Shown here: positions 26,850-41,800 of the stretch, piece by piece
How the letters are laid out: every line of letters begins with the position of its first letter
Numbering within the stretch: position 1 is the stretch's first letter
Source: Eledone cirrhosa
Taxonomy: Eukaryota
NCBI GenBank assembly: GCA_964016885.1
Contig: OZ024743.1
Coordinates: 124,682,001 to 124,746,000, forward strand
DNA length: 64,000 nucleotides
Direction: 5' to 3'
Notes under the pieces: model-generated
Database searches by the model: none
The model's input: only the letters and a program-made list of their open reading frames with translations
What the model was told of the DNA's origin: nothing
Made by a program: the position numbers and the translations under genes

Positions 26850-29800
26850 TATATGTATATATACATATATATATAGTGCAGGAACATATGTAAGCAAGTT
26901 GTAACTCCCGGCCAGTCTGAGAGATGAGTAGTTCCAATTATGTACTGATTTTGTCTGATAATTTATCCAACCCTTGCTAACAGGAAAAGTGTGTTAAATG
27001 ATGATAGTATTAATAGAAGCACTAAACAGCAATAGGATAAGTAGAAATGTACAGATATAGACTTAAGAGCTTGTGTTTTTTTACTAAATGCACATTGAGC
27101 CTCACTGTAACATTGTAGACACCTATTAATTAATTTATTCATGTTACCAATGTTATACAAATGAGACAAACCAATTGAGATCTGTCTGAGTGTGCATATA
27201 CTATCCTCACTGTGATCATAATTGGGTAACTGATGAGGTATTATCTCTTAACATGTACATCATGAAACCACATTAGAAAGATGTATAAAACTATACTATG
27301 ACTGGATCATATTAAAAATTGAAGTTTTTAGTCTAATACTGAATAATTTTCACAATCATCTATTCACTAGTAAATATCTACATTAAAAATATCTACATTA
27401 AAAAGCACATTTTTAGATATTTCCAGCATGATCATTACAGGGTGTTAAAGGCTGAAAAAGTTAGATAGAATGCTTTTTCTGGCCACAGAAGCAAAACATA
27501 TGGTTTAATCACAGTGTCTTCTTTTTCAGTGAACTATTTTATAAGTATCTTGGTTTTTAGAATAGGTACACCATATATGTGTATCATAAGAGTTGATTAA
27601 AAGGGATGGCAACAAAAAGGATATCTGCCTTTAATAAAAACAAACTCAAAAAGTCTCCTCCAATACATGACAATATAGAAAAAGTGGATGTAAAAATAAT
27701 ACCAATGATGATCCACATAGACACACACACATACATATACAGTTTACACTGAAACATTCCATTCATCAACTGTTAAATGGGGACTACAAAAATCTTTGCA
27801 CCTTGCAACAGTATCACCCTTTCTAGTGGTGTCGCGTAACATTGTTGCTATCAGGAAAAATCCAGATTATTTCGGCCCATACTTTAGCTTGATGGTTTTC
27901 CTCACCTTGAAAATGTTATAAATATAAGATTCATGAAATCTTTGGCTCTTGTGTCATGTGTCTCTGCTTGCTAGAAACTCTGAGTAGTGCTGAAATATAT
28001 ACATCCTACTATATGTATTGAGTACTCTTTCTCTCATTTGCAACTCCAAATATATACATACAGACACACATACATGCCGCTGCTGCCACCAGTGTAGGTA
28101 GAAAGTCAATTGTGTACCTAGTGTAAACTGTTGGTGCACAAACGATGTAGCAGGATCACAGGCAGGCTAACAGAAGTGTGTCAGATGCACAGGAGTAGTT
28201 AGTAGTAAGAACACCAGTTGGGAAATCATTCCAATCTAAGGAAGGTTGCATAGAATTAGTTGATAGCTTCGGTTACTTAAAGGACATAATTAACAACAGA
28301 TGAGAATGGTTTGAAAGCACTGTAGCCAAATGAAGAAAAGAATAGAAAAAGTTGAAGGAGCTATTACCTCTGGGTCAATGAAGGGATTCTCTTTCTGAAC
28401 ATAGGGAAGTTTATATGATGCCTACATCTAAAATGTGATGTTGCATGCCAATGAGACTGAGACATAAGCATCGGATGCAGATGATGAGCAAAGGTTAGAA
28501 AGAAATAAAGTCAGCATATTCCAAAAGATATGTAACATTAGTATGCATATACGACAAAATACAGAGGTATTAGATGAAGTGTGCAAGAGAGATTACACTG
28601 GTATGGACACATCCTGCATACAGTTGATGATTATTAAGTGAAGAAGTGCCAGGAGCTCCAAGTGGAAGGCAGCTAAGGGAATGATGAAGGAACCAGACAT
28701 GTGGAAGGAATCTGTGCTGGAGAGAACTTGTCCAACCCATACAAGATACTCACACACACACACACACACACACACACATGATAGAAATTATATGTGAACA
28801 TGTGTATATAATTTCAGTTGGGGATTGAATGCTGTGAAATCCCCAACTGGAAATCACCTGAGCCTAATGATGTTCTAGGTTACTGGTTACAGAAATTGAG
28901 CTGATTGTACAATGGACCAGCGGGTTGGGATTTTCAGGAATCTCTCGAAACTCCACCACCCTTTACACTTCCCCGAGATGCCAACTAGAGATAAATCTGC
29001 TGGACAATTCACTTTCCTCTAATATCCATGTACTTGATTCCAACTTAGATCCCATATATCACTTCTTACATAGAAACTCTACATTCTGTTCATCACTGGA
29101 GACACACATCTCTCAGCCCCTATCTATAGTTCACATCTGCTGTCCAGGCTATACACTTTATCCCAACTTCTCCCCAAGAGTTGGTGTCTGTGCATATGTA
29201 GATTCAACACTCTTTGATTCACTTGTAGCTCTGCTGCTGTAGTTCAGGTAAAAAACGAAACAATGTTGTCATGGATATATAAAAAAAAGGACCACATGGT
29301 CATTGCTGGAAATTCATTGATCAGGGCTACAGAAGCATTAACAGCAGCAGCTTTTCTGTCATCATCATTTTTATTACCACCACCACCACCACCACCATTA
29401 TCCTTCTCCTCATCATTTTTGTGCCTGCTTTCCATGCTGGTATGCATTAGACAGGTTGTCATAGTTTGAATTACTCCATAGTATTTGAAGTTACTGCCCT
29501 CATAGATTTGTCAGAAGACTATGTCTCACTCATACATTCAATTTGGGATATGGTTTCTACTGCTAAATGCCTTTCCTAACACTAACCATTTTGCAGAATA
29601 TACTGAGTGCATTTTTTTGTAGCACCAACACTTGAGAGGTTGTTTTGTCCTCAGAAAAACAAAGGGGTTTCTTGAGTCTGCTTTGTCTCCAGTTGTTAAG
29701 TAAAGGTAAGATTACGATTTCTTCTAGAGAAGGTATTAATAGTGAAAAAAAATGTTATAATCTTAAACTCCCTTACATATATTTGGAGGTATGAAATCTT

Positions 29801-32800
29801 TGCAAAGGGACAGACAATGGAACCTTTAGATCTTTCTAACATAGGCACAAGGCCAACAATTAGAAAGAGGTGGGAAAGCTGATTATATCGACCCCAGTAC
29901 TTAAATAGTATTTTATTTATCAAAGTTGACCTCAACAGGATCTGAAATCAGAACGTAGAAAGTCCTAACAAACTTCTGCAAAGCATTTTGTCTGGCACTC
30001 TATTGATATTGCCAATCTACTGGCCTGAACAATGACTATAATAGATCTTGTTACTTACCTTGGCACTTAACTCCTTGAGCAATTAGTCCCCACATAAAGT
30101 TGGCACAGTAATCACACCAGTGTAGTCCAATAAAATTTTGCACCTGCAATAAGTAAAGGGAAATCATTTCTTTACAGAATTGTTAAAACTTATTCTCTGT
30201 TATTATATATGTCAAAAAAAAAAAAAAAAAAAAAAAACTATGATCAGTAAAGTCATACACTAAACAAACTCTGATAAATACTAAAGTTAATTGGTACTAA
30301 TCTAAACTACAGATTGTGTGTAAATACTTCACATATGCACACACACACAAAGATTTATAATATATCATGAAATATCTAACATATAACAAAGTTATATATA
30401 GTCTAACGTGACTCATTTTTTTTAATGTTTCTTTTACGACAATTTTAATATATTATTTTATATTGCAATTGGTGAACAATAACATCATTGGTTACAGGTT
30501 CCCAATGAAACATTGCATTTCTGATAGCAAGAGAAACAAAGGAGTGTCTTTAACTCAGTGCAGAACAAATATTGCAAGGGACTTCTTCAGTAAAGCACTA
30601 GCTTTCCAGTTTTCTCATTGTTGTTCACATCCTTCACTAGGTAAAAGGTACACTACATAAATACATACATACATTGTCATCACTCATGTGTGTATGTGTG
30701 TACAGATGAGGTAAATTCCCAACTGCAAGGCTTGTGATTGGGATTTCACCTCTTTAATATACCCTATCTGTATCTCATCATGCATCAAGAACTGCCCTGA
30801 TTTGTAGTCTTCACAGTACTACAGACACTATATATAAATACACAGTATACGAAAGTCACCAAATTTATTTCAGTGATTTTATCTCTCTCAATGGGATAAT
30901 AGGCTTGTAGTTGAGGAACTGCACCTTATCATACAGAATGCAAACAATTAGTTAGTTAGTGAGTATGATGGCAGTGTTTTGGTAATGATACCACTATATT
31001 AGGAATTTAGATCGATTTACAATAATTTTGACCCCATTGCACCTCGACTGTTCGATAAAAATAAGTACAATATATATGTATATATGCACACACACATAAT
31101 GGCCTTTGATCGGATTTCTGTCTACAAAATTCCACTCTCAAGATACTGGTCAGCTTGAGACTATAGTAAAGAACACTTGGCCTAGGTACCACACAGTGAC
31201 GTCAATCCCAGAAAAACACAGTTGCAAAGCAAATATCTTCACCACAGAGCAATGCCCGACTTCAGTTTTTTTCTTTTGTAAATGTCCAACAGTGATTGAT
31301 GAAGATCATGACTTAGGCTATACTATTGATTGAGTTTTATGTTTCTTTAGATGACACAGAAATAACGACAACATGTAAGGAACATATGGTCTGTGATTTC
31401 ATTTGAGGTGCTGGCTCACATTTGATTTCCACTGTCTGAATGCATATCTCTTGTGTGGGTTTTCTGGCTTTACTGATAAGAGTGTGCCATAGGGGCCAGT
31501 TCTGAGCTGTTCTAAGGATTTTATGTCAATGTTACTTTCAGGCTATCCTTGTAATGCTTTATCTGGTCACCAACTGTTCTCTTCCCTGTAGCAAGCTCAC
31601 CATAGAATGGTTGCTTTGGTATGCATATATTGTTTATGCCTGCCAAGTGAATTATGTTACTTTGCAATAGTGTATTTATTAAAAGGAGTTTGGCCTATTG
31701 GAGCACTTCTGCGTCCAGAACATAGAAGTAGAAGTTCATCTTAAATGTCAGATTTAATCTGTCAACCATCTTAACACCACCACTTGGCTCATGGGCGCTT
31801 TTAGAAGATTTCACGTTGCTGCAAGCATTTGATCCAGGTCCCAATAAATTCTTCCCCTCCCTCCCACCTTCCCAGGGGCTCTAAAAAAGAGGTGATGGGC
31901 ACTGCACTTCCTCCCTTGAGTAAGTCATGTAAAAAAAAAAAGAAATCTAATGAATAAATTTGATCCATCATATATTACTGGAAAGACACAAAAATACCAA
32001 AATATTTAGATGCTGATCAATTAAAACTGAACATTTGAAGCAAACATGAACTAAAATCAAGCAGATGGATAATAATGATAATAATAAAAATAATACAATA
32101 CAAAATTAAAAGAAATAGCAGACACTAAGTAAATTAGAATATTAGCACCTTTCAAAAAAACCGAAACTTGGAATTAAAGAGCTTTTTATATATTTCTTTG
32201 TTTGGGTGGGTACAAGAGTGTATATATATGCATATATATATACATATGCCATAAAGTTAGCAATTCAGTTCCATGTCTCTCAATGTAAGTATACGTGGAT
32301 AACGCTATATTTCCAAGTTTACAGAATCAATAGAGGAAATCTAGTAGAATTGCTGAACAAATAGGCACATGAAAAAAAGACTACAACTAACCGGCTCCCA
32401 TTTGGAGAAATACAAATTTAGATCAGTTGATAACATCTGCTTGGGTAAGATATTTTAAATTATCTACTTTCTCTAGTTTCCTCTTGCAGTAGTAATTGGG
32501 GCTCTGATAGAGCTTTTTTTTTACAAAAAACACAAGTTCCCTGTTATAGTCGCTAGAAGAGAGAAAAGTAAAGAACAATAAAACCAGATACCATTAATTC
32601 AGAATTCACTTCATTTTACCAATGACAGTATATCTTTACTAATTACAGTACACCATTACTCAATACAGCATACCTTTAGTAATTAAAATACACCTTTTCT
32701 AATTAGAATATACCTTTACTAACTACAGTATACCTTTACCAATTATAGTATAAGTACTAATTACAACTTAATAGAAGTCAGCACACCTTTACTAATTATA

Positions 32801-35800
32801 ATGTGTATATATATATATATACATACATATATATATATACTGTAATTAGCAAGTACACCTTTACCAATGATAGCATATCTTTTCTAATCACAGTACACCT
32901 TTACTAATTACTATATACCTTTACTAAATAGAACATAACTTTACCAGTTACAATACACTTACTATTTACAGTATATCATTACCAATTATTAACTATACAT
33001 TTACTAATTACAAAATTATTAGAAGTCAGTACACCTTTGATAATTACAATACACTTTTAGTATTTACAGTAAACCTCTATTAATTCAACACAGTATACCT
33101 TTACCAATCATAGTATATATATTTTACTAATTACATATCAGAAGTCAACCAGAAATTTAACCTTGTTGTTTGGTTTCAACATTTAGAATGTGAATTATTG
33201 AATACAATTATGCATTGAAATTGTAGTCTGGGCAAGGTGGAAATATCAAATAAGTTGGGGGAGTGGGGAATGCGATCAAATAATTACTTTTGAGAGAGGA
33301 TGACATCAAACAGTTACTTTCAAGAGAAGATGCCATCAAACAATAATTTGAGGGAGAGGAAGTCCTCAAACAATTATTGAGGGGAGAGGATGCTATCAAA
33401 CAGTTATTTTGGGGAGAGGAAAACATCAAACAATTACTTTTGGGTGATGATGACATCAAACAATTACTATGGGGTGAGAGGATGTCATCAAACAATTAAT
33501 TTGAGGAGTAGATGTCATTAAACAATTATTTAGGGGAGAAGTCATAAAACAATTATTTAGGGAGAGAATAGCATCAAACAATTATTTGGAGAGATGATGT
33601 CATCAAACAATTGTTTTCGGAAGGGGATGACATCAAACAATTATTTGGAGAGGTTGTCATGAAACAATTACTTTTGGGAGGTGATGTCATGCAATAATTA
33701 CTTTGGATAGAGGAAGACATCAAACAATTACTTTGGGGAAAAGATGACAATTACAAACCATAATAGTTAGTATACAGGATTAATATTCATTTACTACTAA
33801 ATAATTTTACCTTTGTTTATTTTTTTCTAATTACTTAATATATAGCTTGCCTTCACATACATACAAAATATATATCAAATATTCGCTGAATTTAAATATA
33901 TATGCTATAATAAAAGGTAATTTACATAGAGCCATGGAGTTGATATTGGTGACAAGAAATGAATAACAATCGTAATCCTACCTTAAAGCAGTGAGATTTT
34001 TCGTATTCTTGCACATTGGTGGCAAAATCGGAATCTGGCGATAACTGGAAAAGTTAAGAATACATAAGAGATGATAAACATATGCATCAAAGATAACAAT
34101 AATAATAGTAATAATTATTATTATTTCTTTTTTTTAATAATGATGTTGATTTCTTTTATTGACCACAAGAGCCCAAGAACAAAAACAACACAACACAAAA
34201 CAAAGTTTACATCAAGGAAAGGGATCATCACTGAAGTGAAAACAGTAAGAATAACAATAATAGATATTGTAATAAATATACATAATAGAAAACATAAAGT
34301 AACAAATGTCAACAAAGACAAGTTCCTCAATAGTAAGGGACTGCACTTTAAAGTAATTCCAAGGGGAAACCCTACATAAAGCCCCGGATTACTCTGTTAA
34401 CGCATAGGCATATAAAGTGTCCTCTCTTGGTTTGCTTTCTCCTATTTAGAAAAGCATAGTTCAGCCATATCAATCTCACCACTCTCATCCATGTTTCATA
34501 AAACCTAGTACAGAGCAGCAACTTTCTCTCTACCCACATCTTCATCTTCAAGTGGAACTTGAAGAAGTTGATGAGGGCTTGACAAGAGAAGAGGGATCCT
34601 GTCCTCAAGCTTTTTAGATAAGTTCACTGGATAGCTTCCTGCACCATGGCTACCAGACAGAGGAAGATTTGCTGTGTTTCTTTTCTAAAAGAAGGTGCCA
34701 ATTCAATTTTCACTATAGACCTGGATGATGGCTGAATCTGTCCTACACATAATAGCACTTGTTCAACATAAGCTCACAACTCTGCAATGCACAGGCCCTG
34801 TATGCATCTTGGACAGGTCTGGCTGTTGGCACTTCTGTACCGTTAGAGCTTGTCATGAATTGGAAGTACTCCTCTATAATACTGCCATGTTAAAGATTTT
34901 TCAAAACTGTCCATGATCCTCAACCTGAAAGTCCTCCAGAAGATCCTGTTCAGACTGTCCTCATCAACACCCAGAGTTGCTCTCCAACCATTGTCGCTCA
35001 TACCTGCTACTAATCCTCTATGGAACACAGATGTAGGTGTTTGCTACTTTTGCCCAACCTTTGAGGGACAGCTTTCTCTCTACCCATTTATGGGATATAT
35101 TGGAAATCAACATCATTATTAAAATGGAGGCACATGGCTTAGTGGTTAGAGCATTGGCCTTGCAATCGAAAGGTTGTGAGTTCAATTCTCAGACCGGGTG
35201 ATGTGTTGTTTCCTTGAGCAAGACACTTTATTTCACATTGCTCCAGTTTACTCAGCTGTAAAAATGAGATGATAGGGACTGGGGTCCATATCATTCCACT
35301 GCAAAGTGGTCGTGGAGGTGCCAGGGCAAAAAAGCACCCAGCACTCACTGTAAATGAGGTTGGTGTTAGGAAGGGCATCCAGCTGTAGAAATCAAGCCAA
35401 AATCAGTTCCCGTCCCACCTTTGCAAGCAGGGAAAAGTGGACGTAAAATGAAATGATGAAATGATAATGATTGGCCATCTTGGTTGTGACCTCTTTCCAG
35501 TTCTAGTCTACCTAGAAGTCTTGTCCAAACCAAACTCCAAGCACTTTGACTGGGCCAGCGGTCTAGCAGCAGAGATTTCTGCTGGCCGGCCAGATCTGGC
35601 TTCTCTACATACCAAGTTTCAAGCCCACTGACTTATCCTGGTTAATGCAGACTCGACATAGCAGTACCAGGAGATGACAGGGATGTTGAGAAGGAAGATA
35701 ATATCAGCCATTTAAATTCAAAATAATGCAGGTTCAGGATATAAACAGAGTGGAGGATATTTCAGTTATTGTTGAAGCTCTGATTTGCTATTGAAGAAAA

Positions 35801-38800
35801 CCCAAAGATTAGAGAGGAAATTTGGATGTAGCTGGTCTAAAAGATTGTGCTCTTGAGGATAGCCATCATTTTGAGAAGGGTACCACAAATGTAGAAAGAA
35901 GGGTGAACTGCGGGACCCTTGGTCATTTGTTATGACCTGCCTCTATATATTAATTTTGAGTTCAAGAAAGTAATAATAATAGTAGTCAACATCATCCTCA
36001 CCATCATCATTTTACATCTGCTTTTCCACAATGACATGGATTGGATGAGACTTTTTGAGGAAATAATCAACAGCCAGATCCCCTTTCTGAAGTCAATAAT
36101 ACTGAACTTCACATGTTGAACCACTGAGCTACAGGACATACTGTTTATGCAAAAATTACAAGCCTTGGTTGAACAGATCTATAGTCAATCAAAGGCATTC
36201 CAACCGTGAGAATCACATTTTTTTCTAAACATAGTGTATCTAGACCTACATTATTTAGCATCTCTTTCTATTATGAAGATAGTAAGGTGATTTAAGGGAG
36301 ACTTGATTGTTATATTTAGTAGAGTGAGTGATCACATAGATGTCCCCTTTTGGCTATTTTAATATTGATTTCTAATTTAAGCACAAGGCCAGAAAAATTG
36401 GGGTAAGGACAAAGTTGATTACCTGAATCCCAGTACTTGACTGGTACTTTATTTCATTGACTACAGACGGATGAAAAGCAAAGTTGACCTTGGCGAGATT
36501 TAAATTCAGAATGTTAAAAGCCAGAACAAATATTACAAGGACATTTTATTTGACACTCTACCAATTCTGCCAATCCCTTTTGGCTATTTTAAGATTACTA
36601 ACAAACAAGACAGATTATTTGCAAGTAAAAGGTTTTGGAAAAGAAAAAAAAAAAAATTTTTTTAGAGATAAAGATTTGAACCCCTACAAATGTTAGAGCT
36701 CAGAGCATAAAAAAGTGAAACTAAATACTATAAGGCATTTACCTGGATGCCCTACTGATATAGCAATATAGTACTAGCAGGAATTTGCCAGATAATTCCC
36801 ACAAGCTCCATTCCTTTAGTTTTAAGTATATCTGGTTCACAAGCTTGAGAATGAGGAATCAATACATAAAGTCATCGCCCTCATTGTTTTTACATTTATT
36901 TTTCCATGCTTTCATGGATTGCACAAGATCCTTTTCTGGTAGATATTTTTCTATAGCTGGCTAGCCCTCCTGATACTAACCCATACCGCATTCTAGGTAG
37001 GGCATATGCAGATGTCTAATAGCTACAAGGATGTACTATTAATGGGGGTATAAACAGCTGTCACCACAGGCTTTTATAAATGGTGTCAATATGATGTTTC
37101 TAGTGTCTGGCATACACATGCACACAACAGGTGTCCGTATAGTTTCCGTCAACCTAATTCACTATTAAATAATATTTACTTAGCAATTTTACTTTTAGAT
37201 TATTAAATGGTGAATTAAAAAAAAAGAGGAAAGAGCAAAGATTGTTAAGAAATGAAAGAAATGGGGGAAGGACAGAGAGTGACAAAAACCTAAATCAGAA
37301 AAAAGAGCCAGAAAAACATTTATCTGAGAAACAATAAGAGTTAGTCAAGCGACTTTGATAAGTGCTTTAGCATGAAACTATAGGGTCTTGAACAAGTTCT
37401 GTAGCTTCTTTTAATATGATGAATCTCTCTGGATTAGTTACAGAAAGATTAGCAGGATAATTATTATTTCTCAAGTTTATCCTTTCTGTTATTATGAGAA
37501 GGATGAAATAACTTTTAGTATTTAGTATTACATAGGGATAGGTATAAGGATTTATAATAAGATTTTAAAATAATGGTTACTGACCATAAAGAACGATTCA
37601 ATCACAATAGTTTCTAAGGTGATGATGGTTCAATATACATTCAGTTAGAAGTGGTAGCTACTACTAGATAAAGCCAAGGAAATGGGAATATGTGCTACTT
37701 AACTTAGGAAATATTCATACAAATAGATTTAAATGATGACGAAATTTCCGGAAATTTCTAGTAGGCAGACATAAATTTTCTATATGTTACTGGATTCACA
37801 GATATTTTTTATTTATCTTTAAGTCATGGAAACTTAAAAACATGAATTGTATAATATATTTAGAGAAATACATTGATTTCAGATATGAGGTGCTTGTTAT
37901 GCTAAAAACAAAAGATTTTCTCCATTCTTCTTCTCTAGAACCCACTTCCTATCCATATTTTATCTACAACCACAAACCTACATCATTAGATTTTCTGAAC
38001 AAGAACTTGTTACTTAACTCTAGGTCAACTGTGATGGAGCAGATCTATGATTAAAGACATCCCATCTGTGACCCTCTGACGTATTCATCCAATATTTCTT
38101 TCCCTTTTTAAGATGATGGGGTGTGATGAAGGAAATTTGGCTGCTATTTGTAGCAGGTTGAACAATAACATAGATAATTTCATTGGTTTATGAATAGGAA
38201 TAAAAATAGCCACAGCTTGGAAGAAATCCTTAAGAATGAATAATAGTGGTGATGTATAAAATAAGTGCAGTCAGTAGAGAGAGCTTGAAATATTATATGT
38301 GATACTGGCCATGCCCCAGGAATTGGGAGTGGTGTGTCTATCTTTAGTTGAAATCAAGTGAATCATACAGAGAAATAAACTTTGACAAGATAGATTGGGG
38401 TGTGCCATGCAGAGAGGAAATTGAATAAATAATCTTCCTATTTTATGTATCATACATATAGATATCAATGATTGATTTTAAAAAAAAAACACTCCTTTTT
38501 TTTCTAAAGATATTGTTTCTACACCTAGTTATAGACACTCCCTTTTCATATTCATCACCATCAGAAATGCCATGAACCAGTAATTGCCATAGTCTTGAAA
38601 CCCATAATCAATGATGCTATTATTCACAAATTTTGGTATAAGAAAAAAAACAAAAAAAAACAATCAAAGGAAGTTTCTTATATGCATCATATATATAATA
38701 CACATATCATATATGTATGTATCATACACACACACATATATATATGATGATGATGATATATATATATATCATACACACACATATATATATGATGATACAT

Positions 38801-41800
38801 AATATACAGCACTAGCTTTTTCCTATTATGACACACCAATCTTCCTCAACCTCCTTCTAATAAACAACCAATATGCACTTACCATTGTCCCTCCCCTCCC
38901 CTACCATCCTATCACCCTTTACCACTCCGCAACTCATATTCATACTCTCTCCTTATGTAACCTTTTATAGTATTTGTAAAAACACAAAGAATAAACTTCA
39001 ATTAAAAAGCTTTACTTAGTTATGACATTTTATATATATATATATATATAAGAAAATTAACAAATAGAGGACAAAACAATAATTTTTTAAGGAGAAACTT
39101 TAAAAGATTATTTAAAAAAAATAAAAATACAAATGAAAGACACAATACTACTGGTCCACCTGGGGGTCAGTGTCTGACACAAGCCAAAATGCTGTCCAGT
39201 GGAGTAAGAGATGAGAGACAAAACATTAATTTATAGTAACTAAGCTATAACAAGTACACATAGAATTTTATGTGATGTCAGGGAAAACGTATGGTGATTT
39301 TTATAGCACGAGAGTCCCAAGAATGAAACAAATAAAAAAAGGCAAGAAGTAAGATAGCATGTTAAAAAATGTAAACCATTGAAATTAATGGTGGGGTGAA
39401 GAGATAACACATTCGTCACATTGGTATTGATAAACTTAAGAAAATTAACAAAGAGGGGACAAGACAACGAACGAAAACAAGGCAATATATATATATTTAT
39501 ATATATGCAAAAGGTAAACAGAAATAACAAAGCAAACTACACAGTACAATGAAGAAATATATTAATTCTACGCTTGATATAGTAGGAAAACATCTTAACA
39601 TTTTGGACATTAGCACTTCATCAGAAAATAGAATGAGAAATTAAAGAAGAAACAGAAAGAGAGAGGAGAGTGAGCAGTTGCAGAATCAAAATGAAACAAA
39701 TTTCTATGAGAAAATACAGGTGTATTCAGGTTGTGTAGTTTTTTTGTAGTGTTCAGGGCAAAGCAAGAAAAGTAAGTTATAGGGAACTGAGAGGGAAAAG
39801 CTAGAATATTATAAAATACAATAAATGGTTTAGTCAGAGAAGGAAGGGGAATACCATAACACTATTCAGGACCTTTATGTCTGGTGGTAGAAACAGAGGA
39901 AGTTGCCCTCTGACTAGAGACCAGGCATGAATACTTGCAACAAAGTGAACTGCAGTAAAGACAATCAAAGCCAGGTGGTAGGGTTAACCCAAGTCATGGA
40001 TTATATCGGTCACCCAAAAACAGAAACAGTCCCTCCATCAACTAAATTTTGCTAGCAAGGCTTTAGTAAACCCAAAAATTATGGTACAAAACACTTGCTT
40101 AAGTTGTGATGCAATGGGATTGAACTTGAAACCTCATAGTTGCAATGTAAACTTTCTTAACCACACAGCCATGCCTGCATATAAAGGAACATACATCAGA
40201 GGTAAATATGTAATTTTGACAAATATAATAATACTAGCTGGTCCCGTGCAATCAAAAATGACAGCTAATTGTAATATCTATATATAATGTAAAAAAAGAT
40301 GTTTGTTTGTTTGTTGGTTGGTGATACAAACACACAGCTGTGATGAATCTTAGAACGCTGGACTTCTATAGCCCCCCCCCCCCCTTCCCCAGTCATCACA
40401 TAGATGTGCTTGTATGAGACACCCCTTCCTTCTTCAGTCATCTCTAGCGTGTGACAGACATATACACAAGCCTACTATATTAGTAGATAAAGATTGTGAA
40501 ACTCAATGAAAGTAAGATTTACAAGAATGTTACGCCACTAACTTTCATGAGCCACAATTGCCAATTAACTATTCGATAAGATTATACACTCAGTCAACAT
40601 AGCAGACATAGAAGTTGCAGATGCTTTACTTAGGATATACCATATAAACTGATAAGATACACCTAAAATTAAATTTCTTCACACTTAATAGCAGCTAAAT
40701 CTCCCTCAAATTAGCATGCAGTCCTGAATTGCAGCATAATCTGATAAGTGCATATCAATCAGGCAACACTGCAATAAACTGTACCTCCCATGGTACCTAT
40801 ATACAACTAAGGTGGATTGAGTGATTAAGAGTTATGTATTTTTTTCTTGAATTACAGTAATAACTGTAAACTTTGTTGAAGGTGAGTAATAGTAGGAAAT
40901 GAGTAAAGAGGAAGTAAATGCCAAAGGAAACACTGACTTCACAGATAACTGGCATAAAAAGACATATATATCAAAATAACTCAAATCAACAAGGGAACCT
41001 TTATTTAGTCATTTGACTTGCTAGAAATAACAGGTAAATCTGCCTCAAAATGATGATGATAACTTGAATATACTTCTTTATTCTTGTGTTTGAATATTTT
41101 TCTAAGATCCCAAAACAAAGAAACAGTACTATTCACTTTAAGAAAGGAAGGACACATTGGCTAGTGTAGCCCTAGATACACTAAGAAGACCATATTCAAT
41201 AACATTGTCTGAAGTATACTATTCCTGAAAAAAGAAATGGAGTGGTCATAGTTTGGATACTTTTGCTCATAGGTATGACCAATCAGAGCTAACTTGGGGC
41301 AACAACAACAATATCCTTAAAAATTGATGTTGTAAGCAAAACATTCTTTCTCGAGCTTCTAAGTCTAAACCTAAAGTCTGTCTCAAGCCTGGAGGCTTGT
41401 CAGGCCAGTGTTTCACCCAGTTTTGTCACATCAAGCAACTGAAAGTACCAGATTCTTCCCTGGACAGGACGCCAGTCCCTCACAGGGTTAAATTCCCAGC
41501 TATTACTGATACTCATTTTCAGCTGGAGCAACACAGCCCAGGAATTGAATCGATAATAGTATGATCGTAAGTCCAATACTCTTACCACTAGGCCATGCAC
41601 CTCCACAAGCTTAGAGGATCATAATGCCACACCTTATCACAGTTTCATGTGACATTAAATGACTGATAGTACTTGACTCCCCACAGACATGCATGAGGTT
41701 AAGCTGCCCTCTTTTCCCTATCCCCAAGTTGATATCTGGTACCTATTTTTTTCAGCTAAGTAGGCTGGAGCAGCATGAAATGAAGTGCCTTGTTCAAGGA

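Noticed and set aside
33208-33495. Repetitive Cys/Ser protein ORF
   Set aside because: It is a reading of the 30-bp minisatellite and has no supported splice sites.
32615-33750. CRISPR-like repeat arrays
   Set aside because: The units are contiguous and degenerate with no unique spacers, the context is eukaryotic and there are no cas genes.
38520-39240. Alternative first exon for an SH2-less isoform
   Set aside because: The ATG frames I tested hit stops before a usable donor.
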